A stretch of 64,000 bases of DNA, taken from NCBI GenBank assembly GCA_014728035.1, contig WJMJ01000096.1:1-64000 (forward strand), written 5' to 3'. This DNA is from Promethearchaeota archaeon (lineage in GTDB: Archaea; Asgardarchaeota; Thorarchaeia; Thorarchaeales; Thorarchaeaceae). The notes beneath the pieces are model-generated. The model searched no databases and was not told where the DNA came from. It worked only from the letters and a program-made list of their open reading frames with translations. Shown one piece after another: positions 18,701 to 27,833 of the stretch (positions within the stretch are counted from its first letter, which is position 1; each line of letters begins with the position of its first letter). A program made the position numbers and the translations under genes.

Positions 18701-20432
18701 GTCCCGCTGAAGCATTGAGAGAGCCAAAAGTTAATGCAGTGCTATTGACGGATCCATTTGTACCGGTAGTATTGTTTTCTAAATACCAAACTGTACCATT
18801 TGGAAATAAATAGGAAATCTCAACCGCACTATCAAGGGAGGGAGTTTCGGAGCTCGTTTCTATTCTTGCAGAAACACGTGTGAGATTTGTGCTTCTAAAA
18901 AGGCTTTCATTCATCCAGTTCGCATTAGAATAGATTTGAGTGTTGATTGTTCTTGCATAGTTAGGTGTATTACCTGATAACTTCCACCAACCAAGTCTTA
19001 TCAATAAAGTATCAGGAATAATAACAAGTCCGGGATATATTTGGCATTGACTAGTCACATCGGATAGAAAAGGATCTTGAATAGTGATATTTTCCCAATC
19101 AGTTGGAAGGGTAATTCTTAAACTGAGATTTTGATATTCTTCAAGTGAGCCCATATATGAGTAGGTTTCAACTACCGTACTACTTCCAAAATCAATAGAA
19201 TAATGGACACCATAAGATGACTCAGCTGTCGTCCAAGTAGTGTTTCCGAATTGGTGAATTTTTAGACGAGTTTCATAGTCAAAAGAAATGGATGAGTTAG
19301 AAGTAAGATTAACAGGAAGTATTTGTTGGTTCCAATAGCTGGTATTGATAACTGAAGAATAACCGACACCATTACTACCAATAACTGAACTAGAAGTGTT
19401 TTCAACATAGAACTTAAAATCTACTTCCTCAAACGAAGGCGCGGTCTGTCCAATTAGACTAATGTCGTCCAACAAAATAGAGATGTAAGCTGTATTCAGG
19501 AAACCATCTTCAATTGTGTCACCATCATAATCTAAGTCAGGGTCCAAATTCAATTCTTCGTCAATGTATAATCCAACCATAATTGTAGATGCATTTCCAA
19601 TTAATGGAAGTGATATTGGAATATCCCCAGATTCGTACCATACATCACGAGAATCGAGTGTTAGTAAACTTTGATTCCAAACAACTATATCATCAACAAA
19701 AACAGACACTGAACAATTACCACTCAATGCATCTCCACCAACACCATCGATTGGTCCTTGGAGATAAAGATATTTCAAACTAAGGATGAAATTTGACGTA
19801 TAAGGCAAATTTGGAAAACTTTGATTCCAGAGAATATAGGTACCAGCAGAATGAAGGAAGGTCGGAAAGTTAACATGAGTAGACTTACCTCTATTTTCTG
19901 CAGAAACATATCCATTAGAGTGATACTCAGCAATTTGTTTTTGTAATTCCTTTGTATCCGGGTTTGTGTCCTTGTGTTCTGGATACCAACCAAAAGGATA
20001 GTAATCAACACTATCATTAAGATTAGTATTAATACCCACAATACCGTCATCAAAAGTTCCATTTACTGCATAAGTTCGAGCAAGATTTGAAACGTTAACA
20101 GATGCTTCGCTGGCAATCCAGTTGTGAGTGATATCTAATTGATGATTGTACTGAAGATTTTGATAGATATCAGTTCTAGCGGAAACAATTCCAGATGTTG
20201 AGTAACCTATCTTTTCTAAACTACGAGAATCTAACACACCATCCCTGCTAGATTCACCTAGTTCATGTGTTTCAGAACTATCCAAGGGTTCGATACTTAT
20301 GTTTTTCAGATTGGGGTTTACAATTGCAGGATTGCAAAACATAGGTATAATCATGACAAATAGCGAGAACACTACTAGGATTTTACCCGAAATCCTCACG
20401 TGCTTTCTTGTTTGCATCCTCATATTCCCCAA
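15744..20432 (-). CDS. giant surface glycoprotein: Ig-like beta-sandwich repeats, single TM, cytoplasmic longin-like domain
   Basis: N-terminal signal/TM; many NxS/T sequons; repeats with G(N/D)GxY motifs; TM (IVGTGAAAAIGIIAVTFMAY) followed by RYKKQK; C-terminal IIGLVVLHKISGLPIYS...GAFITAITHFQSEF. Confidence 0.8.
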   Translation of the reverse strand: MGNMRMQTRKHVRISGKILVVFSLFVMIIPMFCNPAIVNPNLKNISIEPLDSSETHELGESSRDGVLDSRSLEKIGYSTSGIVSARTDIYQNLQYNHQLDITHNWIASEASVNVSNLARTYAVNGTFDDGIVGINTNLNDSVDYYPFGWYPEHKDTNPDTKELQKQIAEYHSNGYVSAENRGKSTHVNFPTFLHSAGTYILWNQSFPNLPYTSNFILSLKYLYLQGPIDGVGGDALSGNCSVSVFVDDIVVWNQSLLTLDSRDVWYESGDIPISLPLIGNASTIMVGLYIDEELNLDPDLDYDGDTIEDGFLNTAYISILLDDISLIGQTAPSFEEVDFKFYVENTSSSVIGSNGVGYSSVINTSYWNQQILPVNLTSNSSISFDYETRLKIHQFGNTTWTTAESSYGVHYSIDFGSSTVVETYSYMGSLEEYQNLSLRITLPTDWENITIQDPFLSDVTSQCQIYPGLVIIPDTLLIRLGWWKLSGNTPNYARTINTQIYSNANWMNESLFRSTNLTRVSARIETSSETPSLDSAVEISYLFPNGTVWYLENNTTGTNGSVNSTALTFGSLNASAGQWSVQVFWENGSEIAYDEISFELHHQSLLIAVNEYIETEVGEVITNFVRFIDAENGEHIMTSASIVANWSGSEIVFSPNDVRKSWEADFNTSLISPGNNTVIVNASVDYYDNASCSFIIRTVYTNNLLLLSEDTAQIGLYSNHTAIFHYEDRFGNPIDGATLDISYSGSSGGVVLGQVVPLGNGNYQVNITSQLAGSYSIRFHATKSFYEFAEDTLFLFVSSIETKLSILNGSAAAVSYGQTYEVFIEYVNSTDYGLDNATVEIASITPMDGVDYGDSVAHGNGIYSFSISSTSSGTYSIVIQANLTNHITQLETFSLTFTNESMVLSLDLESSIQIINENMEINFRLENSTDLGVEEATITCINLPESVPVFNFLEIGDGNYSITMAINTTGSFQLVFVATVPNHVDASTSLTITVVKVPTRLYNPVGTSNIITVFGSVYNFSVFYERTDYNQNITSGNIQLSGLNLEGLEWNITKIDEEYILSFSSEEPGLWSVIVTISKENYQSATLELAIEIRPISSELQIFSPSSALTINRDNTFQFSYLRENSTNGIDDATISISGTGSDWVEWDYIGDGLYNITIRADEIGSYRVQFVFSKLGYETQQGTFNFEVDEIPLEIVMDSIVWQQGQPLTIELQLIESDTGSPSTGAYVEYRLTAEGISPITGVLEESEPGTYSTTITPPWPGESGYEMSITVDQENAELTGAFSSSITALPDIAGEIMRTATIVGTGAAAAIGIIAVTFMAYRYKKQKDHERFVRAMTIKNRFDDANNIIGLVVLHKISGLPIYSRAIKGGFEEGMIGAFITAITHFQSEFEGNERDTLFQIIPISDILRTVPTEQLMCAFITINPASKEQEQRMVEYARRVGELMDDTVSVETSQVHDEKTIATLDYIFDDVMDGFLLGEYHFKDKEEYPEKYECIVEGVNNLESDSFQLVELARSMASCGVRVADTYLLIMDAYEIGLLEQIGRSELNSLDLSSELDLG

Positions 20433-20542
20433 GTATGTTTCGGCGTGAAACTTTTGAAGGTGACGAACTTTGAGTAGGATTTTGAGTTAAAATATCTAAT
20501 AGATAAACTATCCGCGAATGTTTTTTTCGGAAAATCGAAAGG

Positions 20543-21358
20543 TTATTCACCATTAGTGACAATTCTACCCCTTGCAATGACATCATGCTTGTGTATGCTC
20601 TCTAACGATGTTGCTTCAGCGTACATCTCAAGGACACGACCAGAGAATTTGTCATATGCATGTTGTAGGATATTTCTACAGACATCTTCAACAAAGAGAG
20701 GGTTGTTGTGCATCTGTTTCGTAACATGAACTTCATCTTCAAGTTTTAGAAGCGAGTATGTTTTACTTGAGAAGGAAGATTCGATGACTTCAATCATATC
20801 ACCATAGGTAGGAATGTTCTCAGTAGTACCTACAACTTTAAGACTTCCAGTTGCACGTTGCATGTGAGTCAGACCTTCGTTATTCGCCATACAATGAGGA
20901 CAGACTGTATTTCCGATGACTTTGATTTCAACGGTATGACGATAGGTCTTATTCCCGTTCTCCTTGTTAGTAGTAGCAACTACGTCACAGATCTCCCATG
21001 TTCGCTTGTTGCTTGCTGGGGTTCTACTAGCATATCCAAACTCAAACTCGAATTTGATCTCTCCATGATTTAGAGGGTGACGTCTTGCTAATCCCTCCAA
21101 GATATGAATCTGCAATTCTTCTACGGATTTATGAACACTAAATTCATCACTGATAACTTCAGTCATGGATTCTACAAGTCTAGACATGTGGATTCCTTTG
21201 TATTCAGCAGGAAGGTCAATGGTAAGCTCGACAGAAGGAATGATGTGATGACGAACACCACTTCGTTCAGTAATGATAAATGTCTTGAGATTCTTAACCC
21301 CAACTTTCGTCAGGTGTATCTTGTGTTTTGGACGTTCGTCTTGTGTATCGATGACCAT
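20543..21358 (-). CDS. folE2: GTP cyclohydrolase, FolE2/MptA family
   Basis: KGIHMSRL, TVCPHC, THMQR, NPLFVEDVCR, ESIHKHD. Confidence 0.9.
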   Translation of the reverse strand: MVIDTQDERPKHKIHLTKVGVKNLKTFIITERSGVRHHIIPSVELTIDLPAEYKGIHMSRLVESMTEVISDEFSVHKSVEELQIHILEGLARRHPLNHGEIKFEFEFGYASRTPASNKRTWEICDVVATTNKENGNKTYRHTVEIKVIGNTVCPHCMANNEGLTHMQRATGSLKVVGTTENIPTYGDMIEVIESSFSSKTYSLLKLEDEVHVTKQMHNNPLFVEDVCRNILQHAYDKFSGRVLEMYAEATSLESIHKHDVIARGRIVTNGE

Positions 21359-21360
21359 GT

Positions 21361-21834
21361 CTATTTCTCACCTATCTTATCGTGAGTACGTTCGAAGCAG
21401 GCTATTGAACCGGGAGTTTCCTCAACACAGACCCGTAGTCGCAAAGCATTCGGTATTTCAAGTTTTGTAGAAATGTACTCTGCTAGTAACTCAGCAGTTG
21501 TAGCTTCTATGGGAAGCATAATACAGTCCTCAGAGGGAATCAAGTACCGTTTGCCTTCCACTCGTACTTCAATTGAATCCTCAATAGTCGTTATCCTAAT
21601 TTTTGTCGAATGCTTTGGAAGTAAAACTTTATGGTCTAGTGATTGACATATTTTTCGACCATCTTTCTTGAGTTTCGTAAAGTCAATTACCATGCTATGT
21701 TCATCAAGTGGAGCTTGAACAAAGATTTCAACCATGTAATTATGTCCATGTAGATTCTCACAATAATCAGAACCGATAACAAAATGAGCTGAACTGAAAT
21801 GCATCTTCTGATCTTTTACCTGAACAAAGTGCAT
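21361..21834 (-). CDS. queD: 6-pyruvoyl-tetrahydropterin synthase / QueD family
   Basis: FSSAHF, CENLHGHNY, LDHK, TTAELLA, VEETP. Start moved to the ATG at 21834 after a GGAG SD. Confidence 0.85.
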   Translation of the reverse strand: MHFVQVKDQKMHFSSAHFVIGSDYCENLHGHNYMVEIFVQAPLDEHSMVIDFTKLKKDGRKICQSLDHKVLLPKHSTKIRITTIEDSIEVRVEGKRYLIPSEDCIMLPIEATTAELLAEYISTKLEIPNALRLRVCVEETPGSIACFERTHDKIGEK

Positions 21835-21964
21835 GGAAATAACTCCTAGATTTGTGCTGTCACAGATATTCGAGCATGTAAAACTGTCGGAAGGACCACT
21901 TGTTTGCAAAAGGCAAATCACCTCATGAGAACAATTGTTTCCAAAGTAATAGTTTCAAATCCCA

Positions 21965-23716
21965 TTACATACCTCGTTGTTTTTCCAACATCTCAACTAG
22001 ATCAGCTACAGTAGTAGCCTGTTCTGGAGATTTATCATCACGCCATCTGCCTGTAAATCGTGGAAAACGAATAGCGAGACCTCCATCTTGTAAACGATCC
22101 CTACCTGCAGGATGCGTTGGGCTGATTGTGATCTCGTCCCCGAGTATCTCAATCACCTCAATAGGCTCGAACCAGACATCAGCATCAATATCTGACAGCA
22201 CTTTGCTATCCTTGTGAGTATGAATATGTTCATCCAATCTTGCCTTGAACTCATCCAACATTTCATCAGTAAACCCAGTCCCAATCTTACAGACTGTTGG
22301 AAATGTATCATTCTCCGAATCATATGCTGAAGCTAGAATAGCTCCATAGACTCCAGTTCGCTTTCCTCTGCCATGTATTGCTCCAACAACAACCAAATCC
22401 ACTGAGTCAGCCATTCCTTCTTGGTAAGATGCTTTGAGTTTTATCCATAGCCAACTTCTAGATCCTGCTTGATATGTGGACTTATCGTGAACCCCTTTAG
22501 CAATCACACCTTCATGCCCAGTTTCTAATGCATTCAAAAATTGCTCATCTAATGATTCTGGATTGTCAATTAAGGTTCCAGTCGTTAGGAATACATGACT
22601 ATTTTCCTCGATTAGTTCTTCAAGTAAACCCCTCCGGTCTAACAAAGTCTGGCCGGTGGTGTCTACTCCATTAAGAAACAAGATATCAAATAGAAAAAGC
22701 ACAACCGGAACCTCATCACTAGTTTCCTCAATGTCAGTCTTTCTCCGTCTACGCATCAATTCCTGAAAGGGGCGAAGGTTCCCGGTAGTTTGATCAAATG
22801 CAACACACTCACCTTCAACAATACAGGTTTCTGCATCGAGATGTCTTTGAATATACTCTACAACATCAGGATATTGACGAGTTATTACTTCCTGTCTTCT
22901 CGAAAATATAGTAACTGCATTTCGATCTTTGTGAATTTGCATTCTCTCTCCATCATATTTGAATTCTACAAAGGCTTTGCCACCAGTTTTTTCCAGTATC
23001 TCAATAGAGGAAGTCAACTTTTTCGCAGCCATCATACGAATTGGACGTCCAACTTTAGCATGAATTTGTTTGATAGCTTCGATTCCGTCTGTTGCAAGAA
23101 TATAGGCAATATCAGGAAGGTCGCTAAGATAGTTATACGCGCGTTCGATTTCAGCCCTCTCAGAACGATTCCCCAAAAAAGCAACCGATAGTGCATCAAT
23201 GATACTCATATTGCCAAGTCCCAAACGAAGATCTCCAGTAATAGTACGGAGAATGTACTTTGCTTCGGATGGACTAGCATCTGTAAGGAGACCAATCAAA
23301 AGGGAACTTTTCTTCTTTGCACTTCCAGAACCAGAAACCTTGGATATCTCATCAAGCCGGTCGTAGACAGATTGGATTGTCAAGTCTTCTGAAAAAAGAG
23401 TCATCTGTAAACTAGACTCCAGAAGTTGTTCAGCAGTTAGACCGATATCACCAGTCTTCTGAAGAATGTCAAAAACAGTCTTGTCAGAAACTGAGGCAGC
23501 TTGAGCAACTATTTGTGCTGCGGATGTTTCAGCTATCCCAATCTCTGGTTCTTCTTTCCAATCAGGATGGAGCTTGCCTTTTGTCAACGCGATGATAGCA
23601 GGTAGTTCAGAAGATTTTGCATCTTTTAGCAATGCCGCAAACCGATCGATTTTTTCGAGATTACCTGTCATATTTTCAATATCTGAATATGCCTTGGTTA
23701 GCCGTTCATATTCCAT
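21965..23716 (-). CDS. lig: ATP-dependent DNA ligase
   Basis: Motif I EFKYDGER, VEGE, EGVIAK, WIKLK, IRFPRF..RDDK. Start moved to the ATG at 23716 (GGAGG SD), which removes the overlap with rps17e. Confidence 0.96.
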   Translation of the reverse strand: MEYERLTKAYSDIENMTGNLEKIDRFAALLKDAKSSELPAIIALTKGKLHPDWKEEPEIGIAETSAAQIVAQAASVSDKTVFDILQKTGDIGLTAEQLLESSLQMTLFSEDLTIQSVYDRLDEISKVSGSGSAKKKSSLLIGLLTDASPSEAKYILRTITGDLRLGLGNMSIIDALSVAFLGNRSERAEIERAYNYLSDLPDIAYILATDGIEAIKQIHAKVGRPIRMMAAKKLTSSIEILEKTGGKAFVEFKYDGERMQIHKDRNAVTIFSRRQEVITRQYPDVVEYIQRHLDAETCIVEGECVAFDQTTGNLRPFQELMRRRRKTDIEETSDEVPVVLFLFDILFLNGVDTTGQTLLDRRGLLEELIEENSHVFLTTGTLIDNPESLDEQFLNALETGHEGVIAKGVHDKSTYQAGSRSWLWIKLKASYQEGMADSVDLVVVGAIHGRGKRTGVYGAILASAYDSENDTFPTVCKIGTGFTDEMLDEFKARLDEHIHTHKDSKVLSDIDADVWFEPIEVIEILGDEITISPTHPAGRDRLQDGGLAIRFPRFTGRWRDDKSPEQATTVADLVEMLEKQRGM

Positions 23717-23811
23717 CCTGATGGCCTCCAAGTACCAGAGTGACACCAATGGCTTTATAAACGCAATCCGAGGTTTTCGCAAAGCAGATAGCAAATTATA
23801 CGGTGATACAT

Positions 23812-24057
23812 GTGGGTTCAATCAGACCAGGCTACATCAAAATAGCGGCAAAGACACTCTTCCAGTGGTACCCAGACGAGTTCACAGTTGATTTTGAAAC
23901 CAACAAGAGACTCGTTGAGCAGTACACCGACGTGAAGTCCAAGATTGTTAGGAATAGACTAGCTGGTTATCTTGTTCGACTCGTTAGACGAAGGATTGCT
24001 GATGAAGAAGCTGAAGCTGCACTTACAGCTGAAGAACCAATTGACATGGAGATGTAA
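23812..24057 (+). CDS. rps17e: 30S ribosomal protein S17e
   Basis: GSIRPGYIKIAA...FTVDFETNK...SKIVRNRLAGY. GTG start at 23812. Confidence 0.95.
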   Translation: MGSIRPGYIKIAAKTLFQWYPDEFTVDFETNKRLVEQYTDVKSKIVRNRLAGYLVRLVRRRIADEEAEAALTAEEPIDMEM

Positions 24058-24202
24058 GTGTAGTTCAAAGACTACCTCTCCTCTAACTTAATTTGTAGTA
24101 GATAATAGATTTCTGAGTCAAGTGTTCTCTAGTAAAAATGTGAAAAGCCAAATAGCATGTGTATATTTTACAGTCATAATTCCTACAGGCGAGGACTGAC
24201 TA

Positions 24203-25270
24203 ATGGTTTGGCAAAACATCATAATACAGGGTGATTGCTTACGGGCCATTGAGAATCTCACGCCAGAATACCATGGAAAAATCAAACTAATCTATATAGA
24301 CCCACCCTTCTTTTCCGGTACTGATTATAGTCTAAAAAAGAGATATGATGAAAGCTCAAGCAATGATTCACCAGAGATTGAAGATATCAAAACTTATAGT
24401 GATAAATGGGAAGGTGGTCTTGAAGAATATCTCAAATTCATGAGAGAGCGACTAGAACTAATGCCAGAATTACTTACTGAGGATGGTAGTATCTGGATCC
24501 ATCTTGACTTTCATGTCGCACACTACATCAAAACAATTCTCGATGAAATAATGGGATACCATAACTTTGTGAATCAAATAATTTGGAAGAGAACCAATAG
24601 TCCGAAAATCCAGAGCAAGGGTTTTGGTAGTCAGCATGATATTATTCTTCTCTATGCTAAAGATTCATCCAATTTCAGAACAAATCTCGTTTATCGGGAA
24701 CATGATGAACGAGCACTAAAACCGTATAGCTATAAGGATGAGAGAGGTAGATTCAGACTTATAGAAATAGAAGCACAAGGTATTCAACGCACTGAAGGAA
24801 GGAAAAGATACGAGTGGAGAGGAAGAACTGCACCATATCTGTACAAGAGAGAAAAACTGGATGCATGGTGGGAGCAAGGATTAATCTACGAGAGTAGAAA
24901 CAATAGATATTCTAAGAAGCAATATTTAGCTGATGTTCCAGGAATCCCTGTTTCTGACCTGTGGTTGGACATCCCACCCCTTCAAGGATCTTCAAAAGAA
25001 TATCTGGGTTTTATTACTCAAAAACCAGAAGCGTTACTGGAAAGAATTATTCATGCTGCAACTATCAAAAATGATATCGTGGCAGATTTTTTTGCGGGTT
25101 CAGGTACAACAGCAGCCGTAGCTGAAAAAACAGGAAGAAAATGGATTGCATGTGATTGGTCGGAAATATCAATCGACCTAATCCAAAAAAGACTGGAGCA
25201 AATCTGGAAAAAGTGGCCGAAAGGAAAAGAACCAATAAAGGCAAATTTGGTTAAAGTTGATAATAGCTAA
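24203..25270 (+). CDS. beta-class amino (likely N6-adenine) DNA methyltransferase, Mod-like, orphan
   Basis: IYIDPPF (motif IV) precedes TQKPEALLERII and DFFAGSGTT (motif I). Confidence 0.9.
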   Translation: MVWQNIIIQGDCLRAIENLTPEYHGKIKLIYIDPPFFSGTDYSLKKRYDESSSNDSPEIEDIKTYSDKWEGGLEEYLKFMRERLELMPELLTEDGSIWIHLDFHVAHYIKTILDEIMGYHNFVNQIIWKRTNSPKIQSKGFGSQHDIILLYAKDSSNFRTNLVYREHDERALKPYSYKDERGRFRLIEIEAQGIQRTEGRKRYEWRGRTAPYLYKREKLDAWWEQGLIYESRNNRYSKKQYLADVPGIPVSDLWLDIPPLQGSSKEYLGFITQKPEALLERIIHAATIKNDIVADFFAGSGTTAAVAEKTGRKWIACDWSEISIDLIQKRLEQIWKKWPKGKEPIKANLVKVDNS

Positions 25271-25308
25271 AATAGTAACCATTTGTAAGAAATTCTAGAG
25301 GAGAGGTC

Positions 25309-26550
25309 ATGGTAGCAGAAAGAAAAGAAAAAGATGAATTTTATCGAGGAGAAAGGGTAGCTATTTTATCGGTCTTCCTAATGATTTTCTTAACCGTTCT
25401 GAAGGGGTCGGCGGGTCTATTTTATAATAGTGTTGCATTATTGGCTGATGCAATAAACTCCTTTGCGGACATTCTTGCCTCTGCATTGATTTGGTCTGGA
25501 TTGCGATTAGCTAGTAAAGAGGCAGATGAGAAATTTCCATATGGATACTTTAGAGGGGAAACTCTTGCGTCTCTTGCGGTAGGAACCATGGTCTTAATTA
25601 CAGGAGGGCAGATTATTCTTGAAGGAGTCCGTGGCTTAATTGAGCCTTCACAAATTTCAGATGGTTTTATCCCGCTGCTAGCAGCAGCAATTTCATCAAT
25701 CATATATTTCATTCTATCAAAGTATAAGCGAAAAGTCGGAGAAGAGATAGGAAGCCAAGGACTTATTGCAGACAGTACTCATTCCATGTTAGATGTTTAT
25801 TCTGGTTTGATTGTATTTATTGGGATATCATTCTCAATCCTAGGATTTCCTTTAGCTGAAATCGTTGTAGCTTTGATTATTGGAATATACATTATCAAAG
25901 AAGGTCTAGAACTTGCCAAGGATGCAATTATGTCACTCATGGATGCAAATGTGAATCCAGAATTAGCTAAAGAGATTCAAACCCTTACTGAAGCTGATGA
26001 TGAAGTGCTTGATGCACATGACGTCAAAGTTAGAAGATCAGGTCCTGTCCAGTTTGTCGAGATGCATATTATTGTTGATAGAGATCTACATGTTGAATCC
26101 GCTTTCAAGATAATGTCTGAGATAGAAGAAAAAATATCAGAAAAATACCCAACAATCGAATCGATAACGGTGAGAATCGAACCAGGAGAGAACATCCCAA
26201 ATTATGTAGCAATCCCTGTTGATTCTGATGGTACGGATTCTCAATACATGTTTGAACATTTCGGAAAAGCTCCATTTTTCGCACTTTGTGAAATTTATGA
26301 GGATAGGTGTGAAACTAGATTTATTGAGAATCCGGGATATGCAGTAGAAAAACAGAGAGGGCAACTAGCTGTAGATGCTCTTGTGAAACACAATGTGAAA
26401 GCAGTAATAGTTGGAGAGATTGGTATGGGCCCATTAGGATTGTTGAGAGGTTTCAGTATAATGGTATACAAAATTAATGAGGAAATCAAGGATTTTCGTA
26501 CAGTCCTTAAGAAATTCCAAGAGGGCGAACTTGAAAGAATAGGCGCATGA
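25309..26550 (+). CDS. cation diffusion facilitator transporter fused to a NifB/NifX-like domain
   Basis: ALLADAINSFAD, FPYGYFRGE, ADSTHSMLD; C-terminal HFGKAPFF..IENP..IGMGP. Confidence 0.88.
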   Translation: MVAERKEKDEFYRGERVAILSVFLMIFLTVLKGSAGLFYNSVALLADAINSFADILASALIWSGLRLASKEADEKFPYGYFRGETLASLAVGTMVLITGGQIILEGVRGLIEPSQISDGFIPLLAAAISSIIYFILSKYKRKVGEEIGSQGLIADSTHSMLDVYSGLIVFIGISFSILGFPLAEIVVALIIGIYIIKEGLELAKDAIMSLMDANVNPELAKEIQTLTEADDEVLDAHDVKVRRSGPVQFVEMHIIVDRDLHVESAFKIMSEIEEKISEKYPTIESITVRIEPGENIPNYVAIPVDSDGTDSQYMFEHFGKAPFFALCEIYEDRCETRFIENPGYAVEKQRGQLAVDALVKHNVKAVIVGEIGMGPLGLLRGFSIMVYKINEEIKDFRTVLKKFQEGELERIGA

Positions 26551-26609
26551 ATAACCGAGAGATATATCAAATAGTGCATTGAATAGTTCTCTTATTGAGA
26601 ATCATTGAG

Positions 26610-27089
26610 ATGGACATATTGAGAGTTAAAGGAAGAACAGGAGAAGTTCTAAGGTTTGGTCTTGGAGCTAGAAGTTGGTTGTACGCCCAAATGGAGGGAG
26701 CACCTGAAGAATTTACTTGGAGACCTCCCGAAGGCGGTAGATCTGCATCAGATGTAGTGAGTCATATTGCATGGGTCGTGTCTGTGGTTTGCACAAAGAT
26801 TGCTGAAGACTACAATATAGATACATCTGGGAAAGACATCGGGGCCACTGCGAATCTAGTTGTTGCACTACGAGAAGAGGTTGAAACTGCGTATGATATT
26901 CTCAGAAAATTATGTCGTGACCTTCGAGATGAACAATTAGATGAAACAACAAAACTACCACCTCCCTCACAGATAAAAAAAGGGACAGTAGAGCAGGTTC
27001 TGCGAATAATGACTGGATACCATACTATCCATCACGCAGGTCAAGTTGCACTTCTTATCAGACGAGCAAAAACAGCAGTACTCAAATAA
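26610..27089 (+). CDS. DinB/YfiT-family protein
   Basis: WRPPEGGRSASDVVSHIA and HTIHHAGQV metal-binding His pattern. Confidence 0.8.
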   Translation: MDILRVKGRTGEVLRFGLGARSWLYAQMEGAPEEFTWRPPEGGRSASDVVSHIAWVVSVVCTKIAEDYNIDTSGKDIGATANLVVALREEVETAYDILRKLCRDLRDEQLDETTKLPPPSQIKKGTVEQVLRIMTGYHTIHHAGQVALLIRRAKTAVLK

Positions 27090-27101
27090 ATGAATAGCCA
27101 T

Positions 27102-27833
27102 CTACTCGTTCTTTATTTTTCGAATTGCTCCACCGGGAGCAACACCTTTTGGACAGACCTTTACACAGTTCATTATCAATTCACAAAGTAATGCACCATC
27201 ATCACGCTTCGCATCTTCTAGATATCTCTTTGGTTCTGGAGTTCTGGAATCGCTATAGAATCTCCATGCTTTAGCAAGTGCTGCGGGTCCGAGATATTCT
27301 TCTTCCTCAGAATTAACCGGGCAAGAACCAAAACATAGAGCACACATAATACAATTTACGTACCGTTCAATCTTTTTTCTATCCGCAGGTTTCTGGGTTC
27401 GTGGAGTTTCTCCTTCTTCAGTATCGGACCAAAGCCTAAGTTCATTAAGAGCTGCATAAAAGCGTTGCATATCGACAACTAGATCCTTCAATAGAGGTAA
27501 GTTTGGTAATGGCTCAATTAAGACTTCATTGCCAGGAGTCCATCCTTGAGGTGCTTCCACTAGAGCGGGAAATGGCTGAAGGTTCCGCTCATCTTTCTTA
27601 AGTGATATTAGTTGTGTCCTACAAGCTAACCGAGGTATCTTGTCAATCAACATAGCGCAACTACCACAAACTGCACCTCTGCAAGAATAACGAAATGAGA
27701 GAGAGGGGTCCATTCGGTCTTGTATTTGAAACAGAGCATCGAGCACTGTCATCCCTTCTCGTACTTCCACTTTGTAGAGATCATAATGAGAGATTTTACC
27801 TCCGGTTTTACTTCTTGCAATTCTGAACAGCAT
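27102..27833 (-). CDS. sdhB: succinate dehydrogenase/fumarate reductase Fe-S subunit
   Basis: SCRGAVCGSCAM..LAC [2Fe-2S]; CIMCALCFGSCP; CELIMNCVKVCP. Confidence 0.93.
   Translation of the reverse strand: MLFRIARSKTGGKISHYDLYKVEVREGMTVLDALFQIQDRMDPSLSFRYSCRGAVCGSCAMLIDKIPRLACRTQLISLKKDERNLQPFPALVEAPQGWTPGNEVLIEPLPNLPLLKDLVVDMQRFYAALNELRLWSDTEEGETPRTQKPADRKKIERYVNCIMCALCFGSCPVNSEEEEYLGPAALAKAWRFYSDSRTPEPKRYLEDAKRDDGALLCELIMNCVKVCPKGVAPGGAIRKIKNE

Noticed and set aside
23717-23821. N-terminal extension of the DNA ligase overlapping rps17e
   Set aside because: A better ATG with a GGAGG SD exists at 23716; the extension covers the divergent promoter region.
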